DNA of 62,895 nt, counting the filler, from Methanobacteriota archaeon (GTDB lineage: Archaea; JACRDV01), in the NCBI GenBank assembly GCA_024860865.1. It is 8 parts of 8 records of this genome, joined end to end, with 100 filler letters (N's around TTAATTAATTAA, not from the genome) between each part and the next. Parts side by side here need not be neighbours in the genome. Positions count along the whole stretch, not along the records: positions 1 to 9,731 come from JACRDV010000148.1; positions 9,832 to 19,154 come from JACRDV010000149.1; 6 more parts are not named here. One strand, written 5' to 3'. The position numbers and the translations under genes were made by a program. This document shows, in pieces, positions 9,468-19,254 of the stretch. The notes under the pieces are model-generated. The model made no database searches, was not told the origin of the DNA, and saw only the letters and a program-made list of their open reading frames with translations. Position 1 is the first letter of the stretch; each line of letters begins with the position of its first letter.

Positions 9468-9731
9468 ATGGGCTATGTGAAGATTAAAGCAATTATTGAT
9501 TCTCAAGACTAGGTTAAAAGAGGCCCTTGGTACGCTTTTTAAACCATTAATTATAGAGGAACTAAATTTAAGTCTAATAGTAGTAGAAGTGTAATTCTGG
9601 CTGATGAAAAAAGGTTGAGTACCATTGGTTGTTTTATATATAAAGGCTCTTGAGAACAAAATATGTTTAGCAGCTTTAGCAACCCCAGAGCCATTGCTTG
9701 GAACTTCTGCAATGAGGATTTGGGTATAGCA
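9468..9731 (+). pseudogene. Degenerate clan AA (retropepsin-like) aspartic protease
   Basis: MGYVKIKAII...ILADEKRL...VLYIKALE...TPEPLLGTSA/EDLGI pieces in shifting frames with stops. Confidence 0.55.
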
Positions 9732-9831
9732 NNNNNNNNNNNNNNNNNNNNNNNNNNNNNNNNNNNNNNNNNNNNTTAATTAATTAANNNNNNNNNNNNN
9801 NNNNNNNNNNNNNNNNNNNNNNNNNNNNNNN
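9732..9831. other. Artificial contig linker
   Basis: N44-TTAATTAATTAA-N44 (stops in all frames); same linker at 19155-19254, 26080-26179, 31433-31532, 40105-40204, 47382-47481, 59813-59912. Confidence 0.99.
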
Positions 9832-10163
9832 ATAGCACATCACTTGCTTAAAAACAATGAGGAATACGTGGAAGAAGGGTTTGAAAAGGAAGTTAGGCTT
9901 AGCTTTCAAAATTTCAATTTTCCACCCCTACAAAAAATGGCAGAAATATTGGGGAATGCGGGCTATTTAATACAGCCGCCAACCTAACAGCAAAATCTTT
10001 TTCATAGCAACGCAAAACTTTAGATATTAAATAAAGACGCTAAAGATAGCTTTGATTAGCTTGATAATGGTTTCACTCGAGCTTGTAGCAACTAAAAAAC
10101 TACATTCAATATCTTGAAGCTATTAGGTATCTTATTTTTTATGAGGAAATTTTTAACCAATCA

Positions 10164-10472
10164 TTATCTTGTACTCACATACAGTAAGACCAACAGCGCG
10201 AATAATTCAAAGACATCAGCTATCGCTCTATAGAAATCAACTGGAGTAGAAGATAATTCATGAAAAAATAGAATCTTAATGATAGGAGATGAAAAGACGG
10301 CGCGAACAAGTAGAATAATGGCGAAAACTATTAAACCTAGGGCCATTTGAGATTTGATCTGTCTATATGACTTAGCAAATGTAAACAAGAAGATAGATAA
10401 GACAGTCATGTTTGCGATAGTTAGTATCAGGCGGATAATTTCTACAACATCAGTCACTGTATTTTTCTCCAA
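10164..10472 (-). CDS. Three-TM membrane protein, partner of ArsR-type wHTH
   Basis: Paralog of 18462-18770 (SYRQIKSQMALGLIVFA vs SYRKMRSTFTLAMILFA). Confidence 0.75.
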   Translation of the reverse strand: MEKNTVTDVVEIIRLILTIANMTVLSIFLFTFAKSYRQIKSQMALGLIVFAIILLVRAVFSSPIIKILFFHELSSTPVDFYRAIADVFELFALLVLLYVSTR

Positions 10473-10798
10473 ATATTAAAAGAGTATAGTGACGTTATGC
10501 TATAATAAAATTTTCTAAAATAAAATATTTATTCGCTCTTGTAACGAAGATTGTGGCTGAGAAATACAATTAGTTAAAAGCTCTAATCCTTAGAAAAGCT
10601 AACTAATTTTGTGAATTTAGTTAAAATTTTCTTAAATAGGGTTCTTATCTGAAATTTATTCTATCTGAAGAAAATTCTGCTTTAACAGTTTTTTAATTGT
10701 TTCATTTTTTGAAACTTTTAATCTTCAGCCACAACTTTCTTAACATGAGCGTATTTATTTAGTAATATTAAAATTTACAAGAGTTTGGTTGAGGATCA

Positions 10799-11080
10799 AT
10801 GAGAGAGCTATTCTGGTGGATTTTCGGCGGGACTGTAGGAGGTCTTACGAGAGCAGAAATTATTAAGGCCTTGAAAGATAGGCCTTATAATGCTAATCAG
10901 CTAGCCCAAAAGTTAGGATTAGACTATAAGACAGTTCGATATCATTTAGATGTTTTAGAAAGAAATGGACTTGTAAAGCCAACTGAACAAACATATCCTA
11001 TGTATTTTTTAACTGAAGAAATGGAGAAAGGTTATCAGGATTTTGAAATGATTTACGAGAAAATAGCCAAGAAGAAATAA
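10799..11080 (+). CDS. ArsR-like winged-HTH regulator
   Basis: RPYNANQLAQKLGLDYKTVRYHLDVL. Confidence 0.88.
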   Translation: MRELFWWIFGGTVGGLTRAEIIKALKDRPYNANQLAQKLGLDYKTVRYHLDVLERNGLVKPTEQTYPMYFLTEEMEKGYQDFEMIYEKIAKKK

Positions 11081-11144
11081 AAGAAAGTTTAATTATTTTT
11101 ATTTCGCAAAAGTTTAAATTTAAAAATTTTATACTGGTATTTTT

Positions 11145-11510
11145 ATGGTTAATGATAGAAAATTAATACCAGTTTATGTATTTTCGCTGTTTTTAATAAC
11201 TTTCGGACTTGCGAGGATAGTAGTACGTTCCCATCTAACATTTGAGCTCCTATGGAAAGGTTATCGAATACATCACTTCTTCTTTGGGATAATTTTATCG
11301 CTGATTGGGGGATGGATTGCACTTAACCAAGATGGTTCAAAATGGATTAAGGCAGCTAGCATTTTATACGGTATTGGACTTGGTTTAATTATCGATGAAA
11401 TTGGTTTATTGCTCACATGGGGCAACTATTGGGCAAGAGTGACTTACGATATCTTTATAGCTTTAGTTTTAATTTTTCTAATTTTTATTTTCTTAAAAAA
11501 AGTTTCTTAA
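11145..11510 (+). CDS. Conserved small membrane protein
   Basis: Four TM segments; RIHHFFFG and GLIIDE motifs. Confidence 0.7.
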   Translation: MVNDRKLIPVYVFSLFLITFGLARIVVRSHLTFELLWKGYRIHHFFFGIILSLIGGWIALNQDGSKWIKAASILYGIGLGLIIDEIGLLLTWGNYWARVTYDIFIALVLIFLIFIFLKKVS

Positions 11511-11605
11511 ATTTTTTATATTAAAAAAATTGAAGAGTGATATCATTTTATGTAAAAACGAAATTTTACCAATCTATAAAATTAAACTGTGGATTTTGAT
11601 GAATA

Positions 11606-12214
11606 ATGTTTGAATTCATTTTTACGCATCCATATCTGTATCTTTCTCTACTTATGGTTCTAGATACAGCATTTAGTGTGGTACCTTTTGAAATTTTGAT
11701 TGGGCTGGCAATAGTGTTAAAAATCAACCCATTAACTCTTGGGATGCTTGGAGCAGTTAGTTGTATGCTAGGTGCTTGGGTGGATTACTACCTTGGATTT
11801 TGGTCTGGGCGCTTTGTTTTTAAGAGGATCTCAGCGGAGAGACTCGAGTGGGCAAAAGAGTACTTGAAAAGATATGGTCCAGCAGGTATTTTAGTCAGCA
11901 GAATCATCCCATTTATACCATATAAACCCATATCGATGATTTGTGGGATGTTAAATTACAACCTCCTTCTTTTTTTATCGTTCACAGCAATTGGATCATT
12001 CTTACGATTCTATATTGAATCAATAGCTATTCTCAAAAGTGGAGTGGAACTAAAAAAAGCTAGTTATTTTATTGGACGTATAGAAGAGAATGTTATTTTA
12101 CCCCATAAATATTTGGTCACAAGTGCTATCACATTGGTTGTGATATTAGTTATGCTATATTTGGTTGCGGGAAAAAATATTATACGAAATTTCAAAACAA
12201 AATCTAATAAGTAG
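11606..12214 (+). CDS. DedA/VTT (SNARE-associated) membrane protein
   Basis: RYGPAGILVSRIIPFIP DedA motif. Confidence 0.82.
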   Translation: MFEFIFTHPYLYLSLLMVLDTAFSVVPFEILIGLAIVLKINPLTLGMLGAVSCMLGAWVDYYLGFWSGRFVFKRISAERLEWAKEYLKRYGPAGILVSRIIPFIPYKPISMICGMLNYNLLLFLSFTAIGSFLRFYIESIAILKSGVELKKASYFIGRIEENVILPHKYLVTSAITLVVILVMLYLVAGKNIIRNFKTKSNK

Positions 12215-12266
12215 CTGTTAACTGCATTTTTAAAACTTTTGATAAATTTTTGTTTTGTAGTTCGGC

Positions 12267-12827
12267 TCAATGTGTTACTGCTCCAAATGTAATAGCAGTT
12301 AACATTCCGGCAGAAAACGCTATGCCAATGCACAAAAGTGCATAAATTATATGATTTAGTTCCATGAATGATACGCTGAGATTCGCCTCATCTTGTTTTT
12401 GCCCTTGAGTAACTTTTGCAGTAAATCTTACTCCGCCCCAGTAGGCTTGGCTATTAATTTGAATTTTTCCAGAATAAACTCCAGGTTGACCTTCTGTTAG
12501 TTGTGCTGAAACTTTTTCTGGATTTCCTTTATATACATCAGCTATCACTACTACGTTTGCACCGCTTACTGGTTCCATCGTCACCTTATCATTTACTGAA
12601 ACTTTAAAGTCAATAGTGTCTATTGGTTTATAGATCAAAACTTTCATATCAATAACTCCAGGAATCAAGGTGTACTTTGCCGTTGGCTTTGGCTCGAATT
12701 TTATCGAAAAAACAGTTCCGCCAGCAACGGCTTCTGGAGCCTCTGTGCCAGTAGCTGAAACTACTGCCGTCATTATAAGAAATATTAAAATTAAAGTAGC
12801 AGTTAAGAAACATAATTTCGTTTTCAC
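12267..12827 (-). CDS. Secreted, C-terminally anchored beta-rich protein co-transcribed with TauE
   Basis: Signal peptide, Ig/YtkA-like core (LTEGQPGVYSGK), C-terminal TM; 1 nt from the tauE stop. Confidence 0.65.
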   Translation of the reverse strand: MKTKLCFLTATLILIFLIMTAVVSATGTEAPEAVAGGTVFSIKFEPKPTAKYTLIPGVIDMKVLIYKPIDTIDFKVSVNDKVTMEPVSGANVVVIADVYKGNPEKVSAQLTEGQPGVYSGKIQINSQAYWGGVRFTAKVTQGQKQDEANLSVSFMELNHIIYALLCIGIAFSAGMLTAITFGAVTH

Positions 12828-12828
12828 T

Positions 12829-13863
12829 TTACTTCCTCATTTTCTTAGGTTTAAATATAGTTACCAATGCAAATATCAGCACGCCTCCTGAAACAACAAG
12901 AACTGCAACAAGCAATCCAAGCCCTATAGAGGCTGCGATAGCTAAAGGAACTACCCTCATTAGTTGTGCCACGTCTACAATCATTTTCATTGCAACTATC
13001 AGCACAATTCCACCGAATATCATTCGCAATCTTGGTCCTTTGATGTACTTGGTAGCTTTAGCTCCAATTTGTGCTCCGATAGTTGTACCAATAAACATAA
13101 TAACAAGCAAATAAAGGTCAACGTTGCCACTAATCGCTTGCATGAGAGAGGCGTTTGTAGCAGTAAAAACCATTTGGAAAAGATCAGTTCCAACCGCAAT
13201 AACTACAGGTAGACCGAGGCCATAAACTAATGCTGGAGTCATTAAAAAACCTCCGCCGACCCCCATAAATCCAGAAAGAATACCGACCAAAAATCCTAAG
13301 CCTACCGCAAAAATCGCTGGAACTGAAACCTCAGCTTTTTCTAAAACTAATTTTGGAGGCAAAGGTAAAGATCGTATAAATCGGCTAACACCAGTTGAGA
13401 CCTCATCATCTTTTGTTTTAGGTTTTTGTTTTGAAGCTCTGTAGGACATCCAACCTTCAAGAAATAGAAGAGACCCTAAAAAGGAGAGGATAACCATCCA
13501 CACGATCTTAGTATAAAGCGTTAGATTTGATGCGCCCATAGTCTTCAATGAATTTAATAAATAAACTCCAGTCCAACCCCCAGGAATTGAGCCAATCAAA
13601 ATTGTTAATCCAAGCTTCCATTCAACATGGCCAAGTTTGTAGTGAGCAGCTGTTCCAGATGTGGCTGTTGCAACTATTCCAACTAAGTCTGTGCCAGCAG
13701 CGACGTTCATAGGTATTCTAAAAATGGAGTTTAGTAATGGAACCATCAAAAACCCGCCACCAACTCCAACTAAGCCAGCCAAAAAACCAACAAGTAGCCC
13801 TATACTAATTACTCCGAAAGGATTGACTTCAAGGCCAGCCCACGGTAGATACAACTCAAACAA
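12829..13863 (-). CDS. TauE/SafE (TSUP) family transporter
   Basis: Duplicated GVGGGFLM-P...AGTDL repeats. Confidence 0.9.
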   Translation of the reverse strand: MFELYLPWAGLEVNPFGVISIGLLVGFLAGLVGVGGGFLMVPLLNSIFRIPMNVAAGTDLVGIVATATSGTAAHYKLGHVEWKLGLTILIGSIPGGWTGVYLLNSLKTMGASNLTLYTKIVWMVILSFLGSLLFLEGWMSYRASKQKPKTKDDEVSTGVSRFIRSLPLPPKLVLEKAEVSVPAIFAVGLGFLVGILSGFMGVGGGFLMTPALVYGLGLPVVIAVGTDLFQMVFTATNASLMQAISGNVDLYLLVIMFIGTTIGAQIGAKATKYIKGPRLRMIFGGIVLIVAMKMIVDVAQLMRVVPLAIAASIGLGLLVAVLVVSGGVLIFALVTIFKPKKMRK

Positions 13864-13897
13864 AAAATCATCCTCACTCTAGTTCTAAGAAAACAGT

Positions 13898-14326
13898 TTA
13901 TCTAATAACTAGCACAGGACACGGAGCGTGCCTAGTTACCCTATCTGCAACACTGCCGAGCAAGGTATGACTTAATCCTCTTAATCCTCTAGACCCTATA
14001 ACTATGGCATCGCAAAATGTTTCTTCAGCTTCTCTAATTATTTCTTCCCATGCTTCGCCTTCCCTGATCTTTGTCATCATTTTAACATCTTCTTTCTCTG
14101 CTCTTGCTTTTACATCCGCTAGAATTTGTCTGCCTTTTTGCCACAGCTCTTTCTCCATGGTATCTCTGACCATCACATGAGTCAAACTCATAGCCCAGTG
14201 ACTTATATCAACCACATATAAAGCTGTTAATTGGGCTCCAAATTTCTTTGCTATTTCAATAGCATAATTTTCAGCTTTTTTTGCACATGAAGAGCCGTCT
14301 GTTGCAAGAAGGATTTTTTTATACAT
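13898..14326 (-). CDS. Universal stress protein
   Basis: ATDGS; GSRG...LLGSVA ATP-binding motif. Confidence 0.92.
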   Translation of the reverse strand: MYKKILLATDGSSCAKKAENYAIEIAKKFGAQLTALYVVDISHWAMSLTHVMVRDTMEKELWQKGRQILADVKARAEKEDVKMMTKIREGEAWEEIIREAEETFCDAIVIGSRGLRGLSHTLLGSVADRVTRHAPCPVLVIR

Positions 14327-14442
14327 AATATCTGTGTTAAATAGTTAAACTCGACTTAAATCTTTTTAACTAATAAAAATAGAATTTTGAATTCAATTTA
14401 TTTCAAAATACATGAGAGTTTTCTAACAAATAATAAAAAAAT

Positions 14443-14468
14443 TTCACTAGTAAACCTTTACTAGTGAA
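14443..14468. promoter_or_regulatory. Perfect 12-2-12 inverted repeat
   Basis: TTCACTAGTAAA-CC-TTTACTAGTGAA between two usp genes. Confidence 0.55.
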
Positions 14469-14493
14469 GTCTCATATCGTATTATTTTAGAAT

Positions 14494-15018
14494 TCAGTGC
14501 GATACTATTTGTTGAATTGAAGGCGTACTTTCAGGATGCGAAGGTCTCTTGATGCCTCCTAATAGAGGTCTAACTACAAATACTGGACAGTGTGCATGCG
14601 TAAGTACATTTTTAGAAACGCTGCCTAGCAAGACTCGACTTATACCCTTACGACTGTTTGATCCGACAACTACTAGATCATACTTGCCTACTTTAGCTTC
14701 TTTGACAATTTCTTCCCATGGATTTCCTTTTCTGACCTTGGTTTCAATTTGAATGCCTTCTTTTTCTGCCTTCTCTTTTAGATCCATTAAAAGTTCTTGA
14801 CTTCTCTCTATCGTTACTTGTTCTAGATATTCATCAAACGATTGCATTTTATCGTCTTTAATCACTGGGGTAGTTATCTTATACGAACGAAAAATTAGAT
14901 CAACTACGTATAAAGCTGTTAATTGAGCTCCAAATTTCTTTGCAATTTCAATTGCCTGTTTCTCCGCTTCTTTTGCGCTTTGGGAACCATCGGTTGCAAT
15001 TAATATTTTCTTGAACGT
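14494..15018 (-). CDS. Universal stress protein (apparent ACG start)
   Basis: USP motifs; GGAGG-N7-ACG TTC AAG AAA aligns with the MFKKIL/MYKKIL starts of its paralogs. Confidence 0.85.
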   Translation of the reverse strand, partial: TFKKILIATDGSQSAKEAEKQAIEIAKKFGAQLTALYVVDLIFRSYKITTPVIKDDKMQSFDEYLEQVTIERSQELLMDLKEKAEKEGIQIETKVRKGNPWEEIVKEAKVGKYDLVVVGSNSRKGISRVLLGSVSKNVLTHAHCPVFVVRPLLGGIKRPSHPESTPSIQQIVSH

Positions 15019-15435
15019 AAGAACGCCTCCTTTTTTTAAAATATTATAATGTAACAAACATTATTAAGGGATTTTTCAAAATTAGATTAAACTAAACTAC
15101 TTAAAAAGGAACAATTAATTTAAAATTGTTTTAAAATTAGTTTAATGAGTTTCCCAAACTTATTTATAATCTAGAACTTTACACCAAATTTTTTTGAACG
15201 AGAAGATTAGAATCAAAAATGCTAGCCTAGAATTTTGTTGTTTCAAATCTGAAAATAATTGATTTAAAAAATTTATTTATTTTAATAATTAGCAAAAAAT
15301 TAAAAATTTAAGTCGATTTTTCCGATTTTTCTTCGAAATCTTTTTATAGAGGCAACATCTTAACCGCGCTAATCTGATAGTAATTTTACATTAATTTATA
15401 ATTAAATTATAACTAATTAAAAAAGAGGGCTAAAA

Positions 15436-15696
15436 ATGCCATTTAATTCGAAAGGGATGATAACCGCTCTTTCGCTCGCCCTTGCTACTATTGTCGCTTA
15501 TTGGTTGGCTATCACTAAGGTAGGCGTAATTGAACGACTGTTTAGTGAAAACAAACTTGGCTATGCTGTATTATGTGTTAGCACTATGGCTATCTGTGGC
15601 ACTCTACTTGGATTTTTTGCAGACTCCATAACGAATTTACTAGGATGGAAAATAGAGAGAGTAGAAGAAGCCGAGGTAGAAAGACTGGAAGAGTAG
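15436..15696 (+). CDS. Small two-TM protein preceding TauE
   Basis: GAGGG RBS; two TM segments; acidic tail. Confidence 0.7.
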   Translation: MPFNSKGMITALSLALATIVAYWLAITKVGVIERLFSENKLGYAVLCVSTMAICGTLLGFFADSITNLLGWKIERVEEAEVERLEE

Positions 15697-15715
15697 AGTC
15701 AATTTAGGTGAGGAT

Positions 15716-16762
15716 ATGTATTTCCCATTTTCAGGTGTTGAATTTCCATTGTGGTATCTTCTTTTAATCGGCTTTACTGTCGGAGTTTGTGGCGGATTTT
15801 TCGGATTCGGCGGAGGATTTATGGTAACACCTTCTCTTGCTATCTTTGGATTTCCATATGCATTTGCAGCTGGCACAGATCTTCAACACATAGCTGGCAA
15901 GTCTATTATAGCAACTATAAGGCACAGAGAATTAGGCAATGTTGATTTTAAGCTTGGATTATTATTGTTGGCTGGAACTGTGCCTGGAGTAGAACTTGGG
16001 CACACGATAGTTGAATATCTTAAGTCCATAGGTAAGGAAGTGTACATGTTGTTAGTTTGTTTCATAGTTCTCAGCTGTATATCCGGTTATATGCTCTACG
16101 AACTTTCTAAAGTGAGGAGGTTTATAAAAGAAAAGGGAATAATAGGTAAGGACGTGGTACCGAGCAAACTCCCACAGAGGATACAGAATATTAAAGTTCC
16201 ACCTATGATATTACTGCAAGCAACAAAAGTCACGATTTCTCTTTGGATCATAATTGCTATAGCTTTCCCTGTTGGTCTTTTAGCTGGATTGCTTGGTGCT
16301 GGTGGCGGTTTCATTATGGTGCCATCATTGATTTATATCATTGGAGCTCCAACTACTGTAGCAGTTGGAACTGATCTTTTTCAAGTTATGTTTACAGCTG
16401 CTTATGGCGGTTTAACATATGCGCTTTCAGGACACGTTGATATACTAGCAGCCATATTGATGCTAGCCGTAGCCGCGGTTGGTGCACAAATAGGTTCAAT
16501 TGCAACGGCGTATGTGAGAGGTATATCCATCAGGTATTTGTTCTCTATAATGATATTCTCGGCAGGTCTAGGGGCGCTCCTTAGGTTTATAGCATCTCCG
16601 GAAACATACGGAATTGCTGTGCTTCAAAATGTCGCTTTGGTGCTCGTACTAGGCGCTGCTCTCATTCTGTGCATAGTGATAATAATATATTTGGCAAAAG
16701 GTATAACAGCTGCGCGTGAAAAGCAAAGAAAAGCAGAAGTTAAAAGTCAATCAACACGGTGA
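15716..16762 (+). CDS. TauE/SafE (TSUP) family transporter
   Basis: GFGGGFMVTP and GAGGGFIMVP repeats with GTDL. Confidence 0.9.
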   Translation: MYFPFSGVEFPLWYLLLIGFTVGVCGGFFGFGGGFMVTPSLAIFGFPYAFAAGTDLQHIAGKSIIATIRHRELGNVDFKLGLLLLAGTVPGVELGHTIVEYLKSIGKEVYMLLVCFIVLSCISGYMLYELSKVRRFIKEKGIIGKDVVPSKLPQRIQNIKVPPMILLQATKVTISLWIIIAIAFPVGLLAGLLGAGGGFIMVPSLIYIIGAPTTVAVGTDLFQVMFTAAYGGLTYALSGHVDILAAILMLAVAAVGAQIGSIATAYVRGISIRYLFSIMIFSAGLGALLRFIASPETYGIAVLQNVALVLVLGAALILCIVIIIYLAKGITAAREKQRKAEVKSQSTR

Positions 16763-16791
16763 AAAGAAAATGCAAAAACTTGAGTGTTTGT

Positions 16792-17217
16792 ATGTTCAAG
16801 AAGATTTTAATTCCAACCGATGGTTCTGTTTCTGCTGAAAAAGCTATTGAAGTAGCTGCAGACTTGGCTAAGAAATATGATGCTAAGCTGACGATTTTGC
16901 ATGTCTTACCTCTTCGGGCCAGTATATCCCCGATAGGCCCACTCGCTTTAGGAGAAGTTATGAAAAAGCTTCAAGCGGAGGCAGATAAGCATATTAGAAG
17001 CGGAAAAGAAATTGCTGATAAAGCAGGGATCGTAGCTGAGACTAAGACTATAGTTGGACTTCCTGCAATAACTATTCTCGAAGAAGCAGAGAAAGGCGAG
17101 TATAATCTCATTGTAATGGGGACTCGAGGTTTGAGTGCAGTAGCTAGGTTTGCACTAGGGAGTGTTAGTGATAAAGTAGTTCGACACGCTCCATGTCCTG
17201 TTATGCTAATTAGATGA
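16792..17217 (+). CDS. Universal stress protein
   Basis: MFKKILIPTDGS; GTRG...LGSVS. Confidence 0.92.
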   Translation: MFKKILIPTDGSVSAEKAIEVAADLAKKYDAKLTILHVLPLRASISPIGPLALGEVMKKLQAEADKHIRSGKEIADKAGIVAETKTIVGLPAITILEEAEKGEYNLIVMGTRGLSAVARFALGSVSDKVVRHAPCPVMLIR

Positions 17218-17363
17218 TAGTACAAAATTATCAAATTTTTTCTAAAATAAAATTTCCTAATTCCCTAATTCATTTTTAATTTAAAGTTGTTCTGTCACAA
17301 AATAAAAAAAGAGATTAAGCGAACCAAAAAAATAGGAACGCCATTTTTTCGTTGTTTTATTTT

Positions 17364-17870
17364 CTATCCTGACTTCACTGGTGATACAATAGCGCTTGGT
17401 ATTACTCTTGGCCTCTCCGCGATTTCTGGTAGCGATCTCGCTATGAGTACTGGGCAACGCGCATTAGCAAGAACTCTCTCGGCGACACTTCCTAAGAAAG
17501 ACAACATACCCTTACGGCTAGCTGACCCAATCACTAGTAAGCTGTATTTGTTTACTTTAGTTTCTTTAACTATTTCTTCCCATGGATTTCCTTTTCTGAC
17601 CTTGGTTTCAATTTGGATGCTTTCTTTTTCAGCTTTCGATTTAATGTCCTCCAAAATTTCTTTGCTTTTCTGTGTAAGCTCTCGTTCTAAAGCATATACG
17701 GCTCCTAATGGGATAGTTATAGTAGCCTCGTATGTACGAATTAGTTGTTGATCTACCACATATAAAGCTGTTAATTGAGCTCCAAATTTCTTTGCAATTT
17801 CAATAGCTTGCTCTTCTGCCTTCTTTGCACCAGTTGACCCATCTGTTGCAACCAAAATTTTGTTATACAT
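17364..17870 (-). CDS. Universal stress protein
   Basis: MYNKILVATDGS; LGSVAERV; GGAGG RBS. Confidence 0.92.
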   Translation of the reverse strand: MYNKILVATDGSTGAKKAEEQAIEIAKKFGAQLTALYVVDQQLIRTYEATITIPLGAVYALERELTQKSKEILEDIKSKAEKESIQIETKVRKGNPWEEIVKETKVNKYSLLVIGSASRKGMLSFLGSVAERVLANARCPVLIARSLPEIAERPRVIPSAIVSPVKSG

Positions 17871-18171
17871 TAAAACACCTCCTAAAGTTATTTTTATAAT
17901 AATCTATAACGGCCCTCTATAAGGGAATTTTTCAAAATTAAGTAAAAATTAATATCAAAATAATGTAAATTTATAATAAAATTATTATAAATTAATTATA
18001 ACTAGTTATAAATTAGTACAAAATTAGTTATTAATTAATATAAAATTAATACAAATTCAAATTTTTGCTATTATTTTAAAAATTGGCCTAAAAATTTGAA
18101 ATTAATCAAAAAGATATATCATAAGTGTATCTTTTACCATTATAAAATTACTATTATTAAAACCTCGAAAA

Positions 18172-18465
18172 GTGGCCTTTATGAAACATCTGCTTTGGTG
18201 GTTATTCGTTGTTTCTCGGGGCAGCGGCACTCGAGTAGAAATAGTACGTGCCTTAAAAGAAAGGCCGTATAATGCAAATCAACTGGCGGAGTTACTCAAT
18301 TTGGGTTACAGAACTATTCGCCACCACCTAAAAGTTCTAGAGGATAATGGTATAATAGAGACAGAGGGGAGCAGATACGGCATTATGTATTTTTTGTCTT
18401 CAGAGATGGAACAAAATTACGCCTTATTTGAGGATATATCGAAAAAAAGAGAAAAAAATAAGTGA
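18172..18465 (+). CDS. ArsR-like winged-HTH regulator
   Basis: RPYNANQLAELLNLGYRTIRHHLKVL; paralog of 10799-11080. Confidence 0.88.
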   Translation: MAFMKHLLWWLFVVSRGSGTRVEIVRALKERPYNANQLAELLNLGYRTIRHHLKVLEDNGIIETEGSRYGIMYFLSSEMEQNYALFEDISKKREKNK

Positions 18466-18770
18466 GGGATCTAAATATGAGTATGCTTACTACAATTTAC
18501 GGCATAGTTATACTTGCGATAAACGCTGGTTTTTTAATCGCTCTGCTTTTCTTGCTCTTTAGTTCTTATCGAAAAATGCGGTCAACATTTACCTTGGCTA
18601 TGATTCTATTCGCTCTTGTACTTTTAATGAAAGCAATTGCTAAAGAAGGTTTATATATCGCAGTATTCCTTGGCAAATCTGACATAGGCTTATTTTATGA
18701 TTATAACGTGGTCACTGAGACTACCGAATTTGTTGCTCTAGCTATTCTGCTTTATCTGATGACTCGATAA
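18462..18770 (+). CDS. Three-TM membrane protein, partner of wHTH
   Basis: Overlaps the wHTH stop; paralog of 10164-10472. Confidence 0.75.
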   Translation: MRDLNMSMLTTIYGIVILAINAGFLIALLFLLFSSYRKMRSTFTLAMILFALVLLMKAIAKEGLYIAVFLGKSDIGLFYDYNVVTETTEFVALAILLYLMTR

Positions 18771-18870
18771 AGTCGTACTGAAGTAAATGAAACCTAAAGG
18801 TGAGAATTCACTGAAGACATTTATATTCTCATACAATTAATAAAGAATCAAAAGTTTAGGAAGAACTTAC

Positions 18871-19154
18871 ATGTTTAAACGTATCCCTTTTGGGATTCCC
18901 GGTATCGATGAACTAACAAATGGTGGAATTCCGTTACCTTCTGCGATTTTGCTTTTAGGTGATCCAGGTACTGGGAAAAGCGTAATTACACAACAATTTA
19001 TTTGGGAAGGCCTTAGACTTGGGCAGCCAGGAATTTACTTTTGCGTTGATCATTCTCCTCAAAGCGTTAGAGAAAACATGGCATCTTTTGGTTGGAATGT
19101 AAAACCATATGAAGATAAAGAAGAGCTGATTTTAGTAGATGCATTCTTGGGTCG
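18871..19154 (+). CDS. KaiC/RAD55-family ATPase (truncated by contig end)
   Basis: GIPGIDELTNGGIP; Walker A GDPGTGKS. Confidence 0.88.
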
Positions 19155-19254
19155 NNNNNNNNNNNNNNNNNNNNNNNNNNNNNNNNNNNNNNNNNNNNTT
19201 AATTAATTAANNNNNNNNNNNNNNNNNNNNNNNNNNNNNNNNNNNNNNNNNNNN

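Noticed and set aside
9732-9831. Recurrent TTAATTAATTAA palindrome within N runs (7 copies)
   Set aside because: Artificial scaffold linker. ORF-track proteins ending in X..LIN or X..N are truncation artefacts, and gene order across linkers is not biological.
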